32,000 bases of DNA from Candidatus Auribacterota bacterium (GTDB taxonomy: Bacteria; Auribacterota; UBA6266). Below the pieces are notes generated by a model. The model saw only the letters and a program-made list of their open reading frames with translations, was not told the origin of the DNA and did not search any database. This document shows positions 21,566 to 29,768 of this stretch, in pieces. The stretch lies in contig JAGLRQ010000064.1 of assembly GCA_023136205.1 (NCBI GenBank), positions 1 to 32,000 of the forward strand, read 5' to 3'. Each line of letters begins with the position of its first letter. Within the stretch, counting starts at the first letter, position 1. A program made the translations under genes and the position numbers.

Positions 21566-22762
21566 ATGATAAAATTGAATCTCGTAAGAGAAATCCGAGA
21601 ACTAAAGAACCAGCTCTCTTATTCGAAAAAATATAGTTTCTTTTTTGGCGCAGGCACATCATGTGCACTTGGCATTCCTAATATAGCTACTTTAACAACA
21701 GAGGTGGAAAAGGCTCTAAAAGATAATTCATTAAATTATTTTAAAAAAATAAAAGAAGATCTAACATCTACATACCCCGATAAAATCATAAATATCGAAG
21801 ATATTCTTAATCAGTTACGCCAAATCAGGTCAATCACTGGGGAAAAAGATGATAAAAGTTATCTGGATATAAGTGGAAAATCAGCAACAGAACTTGATAG
21901 TGAAATTTGCAAAAAAATATATGCTGTCATTAGCACCAGTGAAACAACGGCGGATCTTTCTAATACCAAGAAGTTTTTTGCTTGGTTGAATATGCTAAAT
22001 AGGGATTACTCAAAAGAAATATTTACATCAAATTATGATTTAATTATTGAAAAAGCTCTGGAAGAAATAAAAACTCCATACTTTGATGGATTTGTAGGGT
22101 CATATGAACCTTTCTTTTGGCAGGAAAGTATAGAAAGATTCGTTGATAAGTCTGATTTAACACAAAATTGGATCCGGCTATGGAAGGTTCATGGCTCATT
22201 AAGCTGGTTCTGGAAAAAAAATAGCGAATCAGGTTCTCATAATATCATCCGTGTCGGCATAATCTCAGATATTAAAAATATTGATAATGAACTGGTTATC
22301 TATCCATCAAAAGAAAAATATGATTCTTCAAAGAAGCAGCCGTTTGTCGCTTATTTTGATCGATTAAAAAATGTCCTTTTGAAGGGAGAACTCCTTTTTA
22401 TCTTTACGGGGTATTCATTTTCTGACCAGCATATCAATGAGATTGCATTTAATTCTCTTCGACAAAATAATCGATTATTTATTTTAGTGTTTTTTTATCA
22501 GGACTCTGAAGTGGAAGAATTATTTCGAGTATCTTCATCATACCTAAATTTGACAGTATTTGGCCCTACGAAGGCAATTATAAATGGAACATTAGGTGAG
22601 TGGGAATATAACGAAGACGATTTAAAACCAAACGAGAAGTCAGATAGCTATTGGGATACCGAAAATAAGCAATTGATACTCGGGGATTTTAATCAGCTAA
22701 TTAATTTTCTAATTACAAACTCTGGGAAAAAAGAAAACATAGAGGCAATAGCAAATGGATAG
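21566..22762 (+). CDS. SIR2-family NADase, partner of HerA in the SIR2-HerA defence system
   Basis: SIR2_2-type motifs FFFGAGTSCALGIP, FTSNYDLIIE and WKVHGSLSW (His codon at 22190). A strong SD AAGGAGA precedes it, and it overlaps the downstream HerA gene by 8 nt. Confidence 0.85.
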   Translation: MIKLNLVREIRELKNQLSYSKKYSFFFGAGTSCALGIPNIATLTTEVEKALKDNSLNYFKKIKEDLTSTYPDKIINIEDILNQLRQIRSITGEKDDKSYLDISGKSATELDSEICKKIYAVISTSETTADLSNTKKFFAWLNMLNRDYSKEIFTSNYDLIIEKALEEIKTPYFDGFVGSYEPFFWQESIERFVDKSDLTQNWIRLWKVHGSLSWFWKKNSESGSHNIIRVGIISDIKNIDNELVIYPSKEKYDSSKKQPFVAYFDRLKNVLLKGELLFIFTGYSFSDQHINEIAFNSLRQNNRLFILVFFYQDSEVEELFRVSSSYLNLTVFGPTKAIINGTLGEWEYNEDDLKPNEKSDSYWDTENKQLILGDFNQLINFLITNSGKKENIEAIANG

Positions 22763-24539
22763 TGACATTACCTACCTTGGGAAAATAATACGGGTTGATT
22801 CGAGTACTGTTGAAGTTGAAGTTTCAGATGATATCCCTTCCGCTGCACCAATTATAAACGGTCGTTTATATAAAATTGGACAAATTGGTACTTTTGTAAA
22901 AATGCCAATGGGAAATATTACAACCTATGGAATAGTATCTTCTGTTAGCAATACTCCAGGGAAACCAGATGACAATCAGGCTAGGCAGATTTTTGGATCA
23001 CGTTTTCTTAGCGTTCAGCTTGTCGGTGAAAAAATTGGGGATGATGATTTTGAGAAAGGCATAGGGACGTACCCTACTATTAATGATGCAGTTCATATTG
23101 TAGTTGAAAAGGACTTGTTTAATATATATGGGGAAAAAGATACTGGCTCTATAGAAATAGGAAAGCACTCCTCTTCTGATAATTTATCTGTATGTGTAGA
23201 TATTCATAAACTCATATTGCGTCATTGCGCGATATTAGGTTCTACTGGAAGTGGAAAATCAAATACAACTGTTAGTATTCTTAAGGCAATATTAAACAAT
23301 TATCTTGGTTCAAGAGTTATTTTAGTTGATCCACACGGTGAATATGCTTCAGCATTTCCAGATGCGAAAGTTTATAAAATCAATGATTCTTCCGATCCGT
23401 TGTATATTCCTTTTTGGTTGATGAATTTTGATGAATTGGCATTTTTTCTTGTCGGAGCTAAACCAACTGATGATCAAAGGCCAGAGTATCGATTATTAAG
23501 GGAATGGATAACGGGTTATAAAAAAGAAAATTATCAACTCAAATCAGGTGATGTAAATCGAGACTTTATTACTGCCGATTCGCCAATTCCTTTTAATGCT
23601 AGAAAACTTTGGCATGACATGAACTGGTGGCTGAATGCTACTTTCTCAGAATCTACAAAAGACAAACAAACAAAAGATAATGCGCAATTACAGAAGGATG
23701 AAGATGGCAATCCCAAGAATGGTAATTATGACGAATTAAGACAAGCAGAATTTAAACCCTATCCAATGGGGAGTAATGCACCATATAAATCAAAACACCA
23801 AGATTTTTATTCATATGAAAAAAAGCTTCTATCACGGCTCAAAGATTCTCGGTTTGATTTTATGTTTCATCCTGGAGATTACAAAGATAAATCTTCCTTG
23901 AAGGATTTGCATAATTTGTTAAATGACTGGATAGGAAGTGATAGTAAATTGGTAATACTTGACCTTGGCGGAATCCCATTTGAGGTTTTAGATATTGCAA
24001 TCGGACTAATTACAAGATTTGTGTATGACAGTATGTTTTGGGGGCGGAATGAATCTTACACGGGAAGAAATAGACCTCTTTTGCTTGCTTATGAAGAAGC
24101 TCACACTTATTTGAACAAGAATGATAATAACAGTTATTCAAAAAACGCGGTTGAACGAATTTTTAAAGAAGGTCGTAAATTTGGTGTTGGTGCGTTAGTT
24201 ATATCGCAAAGACCTTCTGAAATTTCAGAAACCATTCTGGCTCAAATTGGAACATTCATAGCTTTGCGATTAACAAATTCAGGAGATCAGTCTATTGTTA
24301 AATCTTCATCACCTGACAATCTAAATAGCTTGATCGATTTATTACCTTCTTTGAGAATTGGTGAGGCCGTTATTGTTGGTGAAGCGATCAAAATACCTTC
24401 TAGAATTAGAGTAAAACTTAATAATCCAAGACCAACGAGTGATGACCCTAAACTTATAGAGTGCTGGAGTAAAACACATTCCACCTCTGATGATAAGTAC
24501 AAATCGGTAGTAACCAAAATAAGAGAACAAAGGAGATAA
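22755..24539 (+). CDS. herA: HerA/FtsK-like (DUF87) hexameric ATPase of the SIR2-HerA defence system
   Basis: 594 aa with an N-terminal HAS-barrel-like region. Walker A is LGSTGSGKSNT (from 23238) and Walker B is PLLLAYEEAH. A C-terminal GRKFGVGALVISQRPS motif is also present. Confidence 0.85.
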   Translation: MDSDITYLGKIIRVDSSTVEVEVSDDIPSAAPIINGRLYKIGQIGTFVKMPMGNITTYGIVSSVSNTPGKPDDNQARQIFGSRFLSVQLVGEKIGDDDFEKGIGTYPTINDAVHIVVEKDLFNIYGEKDTGSIEIGKHSSSDNLSVCVDIHKLILRHCAILGSTGSGKSNTTVSILKAILNNYLGSRVILVDPHGEYASAFPDAKVYKINDSSDPLYIPFWLMNFDELAFFLVGAKPTDDQRPEYRLLREWITGYKKENYQLKSGDVNRDFITADSPIPFNARKLWHDMNWWLNATFSESTKDKQTKDNAQLQKDEDGNPKNGNYDELRQAEFKPYPMGSNAPYKSKHQDFYSYEKKLLSRLKDSRFDFMFHPGDYKDKSSLKDLHNLLNDWIGSDSKLVILDLGGIPFEVLDIAIGLITRFVYDSMFWGRNESYTGRNRPLLLAYEEAHTYLNKNDNNSYSKNAVERIFKEGRKFGVGALVISQRPSEISETILAQIGTFIALRLTNSGDQSIVKSSSPDNLNSLIDLLPSLRIGEAVIVGEAIKIPSRIRVKLNNPRPTSDDPKLIECWSKTHSTSDDKYKSVVTKIREQRR

Positions 24540-24541
24540 TA

Positions 24542-24754
24542 ATGGACAGAAACAACATTGATTCTTCAATGATTCGGAGCATTGGCTATGACGCAAACAG
24601 CTCTACTCTTGAAATAGAATTCAATAGTGGTGCAATTTGGCAGTATTTTGATTTTCCAGAATCATCTTGGTGTGAGTTCAATACCTCAGATTCTAAAGGA
24701 AAGTTTTTTCTTCGAGAAATAAAAAAGCAATATTCTGAATCGCAAGTTGGATGA
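24542..24754 (+). CDS. KTSC-domain small protein
   Basis: 70 aa. IRSIGYDANSSTLEIEFNSGAIWQYFDFPESSW matches the KTSC domain pattern. SD AAGGAG is present and the start lies 2 nt after the HerA stop. Confidence 0.7.
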   Translation: MDRNNIDSSMIRSIGYDANSSTLEIEFNSGAIWQYFDFPESSWCEFNTSDSKGKFFLREIKKQYSESQVG

Positions 24755-24786
24755 AAAGACATAAGGCACTACACCTGACCGCTATT

Positions 24787-24804
24787 CCGCTATGCTCATA
24801 GCGG
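24787..24804 (+). terminator. possible weak terminator hairpin after the KTSC gene
   Basis: Perfect 7-bp stem CCGCTAT-gctc-ATAGCGG, but with no T-run behind it. Confidence 0.3.
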
Positions 24805-25017
24805 CGGATGAGTTTGGTTAGGTGGATAGTTGGGGATAAGTACATTGTGTTTATCCTGTTAATATAGAGTAATAAGAACATTTGATTTATACATGAATTG
24901 GTAAACATATAAAATGGATGACCTTAGAAAACAAGAGGGAGTTAAGCCCAGCTGCACAAACCAGTGCTACAGTTTGCCACACACTTGTTTAGTCCATCTA
25001 TCAGGATTATAATAACG

Positions 25018-25482
25018 ATGACACAAGAAATGACAGAACTCAAAATATTCTTTGATTTGCCAAAGACTTTTGAGATACAGAACATTAAGCCCCTTATGGG
25101 GCTGACGGGATTGTATTTTATTTTCAATGGAAAGACAAAAATTCAATATCCTTTCAAGAAATCGCGACTGCTATACATTGGAATGAGCGAGAAAAAAACA
25201 AACAGCATAGGGAGCCGTCTAGCAGGTCATTTTGAAGGAAAAAGTAAAAACGTTGGAATTGTCAACTATAGAAAAACTAAACAGTTGTTTTTTACCTACA
25301 TCAATTTCGAGATGCTTCGCAAATTCTGGAACCACAGAATAGAAGACCTTGAAAGCTACTTCATTCTGGACTTTGTTGAGAAGTACGGAGTTTATCCCAT
25401 TTGTAACAATAAGTCTGGTTACGAAATATTGAACAAAAAACTAAACGCCAATTTTATTATAGATTGGTTATATTTTGAATAA
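25018..25482 (+). CDS. GIY-YIG nuclease-superfamily protein
   Basis: GLYFIF ... LLYIGMS ... SRLAGH ... EDLESYFILDF ... PICNNKSG fits the GIY / YIG / Arg / Glu / Asn order. The start is uncertain: the track uses GTG 24964, I prefer ATG 25018, and neither has an SD. Confidence 0.65.
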   Translation: MTQEMTELKIFFDLPKTFEIQNIKPLMGLTGLYFIFNGKTKIQYPFKKSRLLYIGMSEKKTNSIGSRLAGHFEGKSKNVGIVNYRKTKQLFFTYINFEMLRKFWNHRIEDLESYFILDFVEKYGVYPICNNKSGYEILNKKLNANFIIDWLYFE

Positions 25483-25493
25483 ACACTTAAGTT

Positions 25494-25703
25494 ATGAATA
25501 AAAAAATAAAAAGTGGTAAAGATGTCATTGATGAGTTCTTCTCAGAAATTCTAAATATAGAAGACGTTGACCAAAAGACAGTGGAAAAGCTGGTTGAATT
25601 GTATAAAGAGAATAACCTAACTGACAGAAAGATTCAGAACGCATTAGAGGAACTGAAACAAGCAGAACTTAATTCAAAAGCGCGAAACGATGGCAAAGAT
25701 TAA
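25494..25703 (+). CDS. 69-aa charged, predicted all-helical protein of unknown function
   Basis: It starts 11 nt after the GIY-YIG stop and overlaps the downstream ATPase start by 14 nt, implying co-translation. No motif recognised. Confidence 0.5.
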   Translation: MNKKIKSGKDVIDEFFSEILNIEDVDQKTVEKLVELYKENNLTDRKIQNALEELKQAELNSKARNDGKD

Positions 25704-28098
25704 ATCAATCAATATAAGCGGAATAAGAGGTGTTAAAGACCTTTTGACACTTGACATCAACAAGAAATCCATTTTGATTTATGGCGACAATGGAACAGGA
25801 AAGAGTTCTCTGACTGATGCCTTTGAATGGTTATTTTACGATCGTATTGGTCATTTATCCAATGAAGAAATTGGAAGAAAAGGTCGAGACGCCTTAAGAA
25901 ACATTTTCGTTCCAGGCAATGAAGATGGTTATATCGAAATCAAGTTTGATAATAACAAACTGGACATAAAAAAGTCAATCGACAGTTCGATAAGTGCTTC
26001 TACTTCTAACATATCAGATGAATTCAATGACTTTATTGCCGCCTCACAATCCGAAAATCTTATTCTTCGCTACCGTGACTTAGTGCAATTTATTATTGCG
26101 AGCAAAACCGAGAAACTAACAAAACTGCAAAACATTATTGGCTTTTCAGAGGTCGCTGATGTCAGGAGCTTACTGAAGAAGAATGCCGGACGAATTGCCC
26201 GCAATATCAAATCTTCTAATTATGACAACCAAAAGAATGTGAAGCAATCAATAATACTTGAAAACCTTGGGAGAAATGCCCATTCAGATGAGCAACTTTT
26301 TGAAGGAGCGAATGAACTCATTAAGCCATTGAAGCTTGGTATCGAAATTAAATCTCGTGAGGATATAAAGAAAGTTTTAAAGAAAATTGAGACCAAAGAG
26401 GACAACGCTTTACTTGAACAAATCAACTTTTTCACAAGAATGTGGGAGGTCTTATCAGAAGTTGTTGGAAATGTTGACAATATTCATGAAAGCTACAAAT
26501 CATATCACACCATTGGCAAAGAGTTGAAAAAAGACCCAGAGAAGATTAAGAAATTGCAGCTGCTTGCTCTTTTGAAAGAAGGCCAGTCAGTTCTTAAGAA
26601 TGATGTTGTGCAGGACAACTATTGCCCACTTTGTCAACAAGAAAAGAGCAAGGTTCAACTAATTCAAGAGTTGAACAAAAGAATTGAGGAATTGGAACAA
26701 CTTGCTGAAGAGAAGAACAAATTAGATGAGCAGGCAGAAGAACTTGAACAATTGATTCAGCCAAACATTAACATGATAGACAGTTTGCTAAGGGAGAAGC
26801 TATTTAAGAAGGATAAATACGAAAAATTGAAAAGTCAGATTGCAGAAGTCAAGAAATCATTAAACAGCTTTCTTTATGAGCTTAAAAAAGGTTTATCGGT
26901 TGCTTTTGCAGAGCCAGGCAAAATCAAGATTGATAAAAACGAATTTTATATAATTGTCAAGCAATCACAAGATACCGCAAAAATTCTTACGGAAAATCAA
27001 TCATCAAACATAAAGTTCCAGATTTATACTAAGTTGTCCCAAGCGGTAACTGCTTATGAAGAATATCAAAGAATAGAAAAAGAGCAAGGCATCCTAAGCA
27101 GGCAGCAAGTTACGTTTGAAGGGCTTTATGCTGATTTCATAAAAAGACAAGAAGAAGCCCTCAACGTATTCCTGACAATGTTCTCTCAAGACATCGATGA
27201 CTATTATACAACTATGAACCCCAACGAGAGAGTTGAGGACATAAAACTTGTGCCAATCAAAAAAGATGGTGATTTGGTAGGAATTACTATTGAATGCAGC
27301 TTTTTTGATGAGGCTAAAACTTTTCCAATTGCTTATTTGAGCGAAAGTCATCTCAATTGTCTTGGACTTTCGTTCTTTTTAGCTTCTGTCAAAGCATTTA
27401 ACAAGGAGAACGAATTTTTCATATTGGATGATATTATATCCAGTTATGACAGGTCTCACCGAGCAAGATTTGCTAAGCTGTTGACCGAAAAATTCTCTGA
27501 CTACCAAGTTATTCTTTTAACCCATGAACAAGAGTTCTTTGAACTGGTGTCCAGTGATGTAAAGAACAAAGGATGGTCAATTAAGAATTTCAAGTGGACA
27601 AAAAATAGTGGTGCAGGTGTAGAAAAAGGAACGGTTAAAATCAAAGAACGAATTCTTAAGAAATTTAAAGAGAAGAATATAGATGGTCTTGGTAATGATA
27701 TCAGAGTTTATACGGAGAAGGTTATGAAAGAAGTCGCATTTAATATAGAAGCCCCTGTAGCATTCCGATATAATGCACTTAATGAGAAGCGAATGGCCCC
27801 AGAATTATTGAATGCTGTTCAAAGTCGAATTTCAAAAAAAGGAAATGGGCTAAAAGAGAAGGCCAACATTACAAGGGTGAAAGGTATGCCTATGTTCATT
27901 GGAAATACGACTTCTCACGACAACGAATTCAATGAGAGTATTGAGGACTTGGAAGTGATGTGGGAAAATATTGAGAACATGATCCGCACATTTTACTGTA
28001 ACAGTTGTAGGAAGTTTATGTCAGTTAAGTATTTCGACAATGTAGAGAGTAAAATCAGGTGTGGATGTGGTAATCTGACCTATGATTGGGAAAAATGA
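25690..28098 (+). CDS. Rad50/SbcC-like ABC ATPase with coiled-coil zinc hook and RloC/PrrC-like C-terminal region plus zinc ribbon
   Basis: Walker A YGDNGTGKSS starts at 25783. A long heptad-rich insert carries CPLC (C312-C315, 26623-26634). Walker B/D-loop is FFILDDIISSYD (about 27424) and the H-loop is LLTHEQEF. The C-terminus has R672-x3-E676, then TSH743D, then C770xxC773...C791xC793. Confidence 0.75.
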   Translation: MAKIKSINISGIRGVKDLLTLDINKKSILIYGDNGTGKSSLTDAFEWLFYDRIGHLSNEEIGRKGRDALRNIFVPGNEDGYIEIKFDNNKLDIKKSIDSSISASTSNISDEFNDFIAASQSENLILRYRDLVQFIIASKTEKLTKLQNIIGFSEVADVRSLLKKNAGRIARNIKSSNYDNQKNVKQSIILENLGRNAHSDEQLFEGANELIKPLKLGIEIKSREDIKKVLKKIETKEDNALLEQINFFTRMWEVLSEVVGNVDNIHESYKSYHTIGKELKKDPEKIKKLQLLALLKEGQSVLKNDVVQDNYCPLCQQEKSKVQLIQELNKRIEELEQLAEEKNKLDEQAEELEQLIQPNINMIDSLLREKLFKKDKYEKLKSQIAEVKKSLNSFLYELKKGLSVAFAEPGKIKIDKNEFYIIVKQSQDTAKILTENQSSNIKFQIYTKLSQAVTAYEEYQRIEKEQGILSRQQVTFEGLYADFIKRQEEALNVFLTMFSQDIDDYYTTMNPNERVEDIKLVPIKKDGDLVGITIECSFFDEAKTFPIAYLSESHLNCLGLSFFLASVKAFNKENEFFILDDIISSYDRSHRARFAKLLTEKFSDYQVILLTHEQEFFELVSSDVKNKGWSIKNFKWTKNSGAGVEKGTVKIKERILKKFKEKNIDGLGNDIRVYTEKVMKEVAFNIEAPVAFRYNALNEKRMAPELLNAVQSRISKKGNGLKEKANITRVKGMPMFIGNTTSHDNEFNESIEDLEVMWENIENMIRTFYCNSCRKFMSVKYFDNVESKIRCGCGNLTYDWEK

Positions 28099-28226
28099 AA
28101 TGGAGTCTAATTAGTATAATTTGAACACTTCCCATATTGTTGAAAAATTCCCTTACTCTCCTTCCCATTGTAACCACCTTTCTTCCGTGCTAAAATATTT
28201 GAATGAAACAGGCTGAAAAAATGAAT

Positions 28227-28374
28227 CCCCCCAGATTTGCATTAGCAAATTTAACAGGGGGACTAGCAAAGATGGAGGGGAACTGGTGGAATGATGCCCC
28301 TAGATTTGTATTAGCAAATCTAGCAGGGGGACTTTATCCCCCTAGATTTTGCAAATCTGACCAGGGGGACTAGC
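28227..28374 (+). repeat. three tandem copies of a ~41-nt imperfect palindrome (CCCCC-TAGATTTG...CAAATCTA-n-GGGGGAC)
   Basis: Copies lie at 28227-28267, 28297-28333 and 28338-28374, and each folds into a hairpin of 12-13 bp. In copy 3 the G-run (28364-28368) is also the only SD-like sequence for the GTG at 28375. Confidence 0.85.
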
Positions 28375-29355
28375 GTGTACGAAATTGACCCGCATAACAA
28401 GATCATCTTCACAAAAACAGGAAGAAAATCAAAACTTCCCAAATACAGAGAAGTTATTGACGGCAGAATCAAAATAGATAAAAACAACTCTTTTATCTAC
28501 CATGTAAAACAACCTCAGGATTCCAAAGTTCCTCAGCAGATTAAACTTTCAGGAAAATGGTCTTTAAATAAAAACCATGACCTTGTGCTTACCTTAGATA
28601 AGAAGCATAAGATGTATGCCGGAGATAAGCTCACAATAAAAGGTGAGATAAAAGACGCGAAAGCAAATAAGCTGGTGTTCTCTGTTGCCGCAAAAGACGG
28701 TTTGAGTCAATACCTGGGATATATTTTAAACCTTAGCGGCAGCTGGCAGGCTGATAAGTATAACCGCCTGACGTTCAACGTAAAAAGAAACAAAGGCGCA
28801 ACAGATGTATTAACTTTTAAGGGTGGCTGGAGCATTAATAAACAGAACCAGATTATTTATACTTATGAAAAAGCACATTTAAAAACTAAGGAGAAGATAA
28901 CAAAGACTATAAGACTCAAAGGGCATTGGAACATAACAGAGAAACACAGGATTTTATACGTTTTAAATAAAAAAATAGATTCACAATTTGATTTTAAAGT
29001 AAGCCTGGGAAAACCGCTTAAAAGAGGACTGCAGTACGAAATAGGGATAGGAAGTGTTCCTTCTAGGGAAAAGATAAATCTTTTCGGTGAATGGAAGGTA
29101 AATAAAAGATTAGGAGTTCTCTTTGAAATGCCGTATGAAAAAGAAAAACTCAAAAGGATTGTCTTTGGAGCAAGCTGTAGGCTGGGCGAGAACAGCACCG
29201 TTGAGTTTAAACTGAAAAATAAACGAGGGCAAGATATGGGAATGGATATTCAGCTTTCAAAGAAAATATTGAAAAGCCAGGGGGCTCTTTTCCTGCGCGC
29301 TATCACATCAAAAAAAGAGAAGCAATTTTTAATCGGCGGCGGGTGGAGGTGGTAG
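28375..29355 (+). CDS. beta-hairpin repeat protein of unknown function
   Basis: About ten ~30-aa repeats of the form h.h.G.W.hN..N.h.F are visible. Examples are KLSGKWSLNKNHDLVLTL, NLSGSWQADKYNRLTFNV, TFKGGWSINKQNQIIYTY, RLKGHWNITEKHRILYVL and NLFGEWKVNKRLGVLFEM. It starts at GTG, shows no signal peptide and ends in GGGWRW. Confidence 0.6.
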   Translation: MYEIDPHNKIIFTKTGRKSKLPKYREVIDGRIKIDKNNSFIYHVKQPQDSKVPQQIKLSGKWSLNKNHDLVLTLDKKHKMYAGDKLTIKGEIKDAKANKLVFSVAAKDGLSQYLGYILNLSGSWQADKYNRLTFNVKRNKGATDVLTFKGGWSINKQNQIIYTYEKAHLKTKEKITKTIRLKGHWNITEKHRILYVLNKKIDSQFDFKVSLGKPLKRGLQYEIGIGSVPSREKINLFGEWKVNKRLGVLFEMPYEKEKLKRIVFGASCRLGENSTVEFKLKNKRGQDMGMDIQLSKKILKSQGALFLRAITSKKEKQFLIGGGWRW

Positions 29356-29768
29356 AAAAGAATGGAGCCAACTGATAAAATGATTGGTTTTAGATAAAAC
29401 AATTTTTATCCTAAAAGGTCACCTAAAAAAATAGGTTCCTAACTTCCGCAACTGCAAGAAGTTACAAAACTCTCTAAAATCCCCCCTTGACATTTATTTG
29501 TTTTTGTAAAGAATGGTAGTATTCATCTGTGATAAATTCAGCGTTTGGCTAATGTCCCATATAATATATTTAAAATAATCTATCTAATCCTAAAAGAAAG
29601 ATTTTTTACATGACATTAAGGCGTCTCATTAACCCTTACCCTCTTTATTCCTCAAATAAAAACTATAGTATTGATTTCAAATTTGCTGATACCTATTATT
29701 TACAAAAAAAGCATTATGTGAGAGAAACTAACAGTTTTGAATAAATAATTTATCAGAAAGGAAAATCT

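Noticed and set aside
24693-25127. Minus-strand ORFs 24693-24908 and 24942-25127 in the gap between the KTSC and GIY-YIG genes
   Set aside because: They overlap the ends of better-supported + strand genes and have hydrophobic low-complexity products with no SD. The gap is more likely a junction between two acquired modules.
28055-28168. 37-aa minus-strand ORF with a decent SD (AGGTGG, 5-nt spacer) converging on the ATPase 3' end
   Set aside because: It is very short, overlaps the ATPase zinc-ribbon codons and has no recognisable features. It is noted only as a possible small antisense peptide or RNA and is not supportable from sequence alone.
28227-28374. Mini CRISPR array
   Set aside because: There are only three copies with irregular spacing (start-to-start offsets of 70 and 41 nt). 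The repeats are imperfect, the intervening sequences are too short (3-29 nt) and there are no cas genes. The last copy overlaps a ribosome-binding site, which points to a regulatory role.
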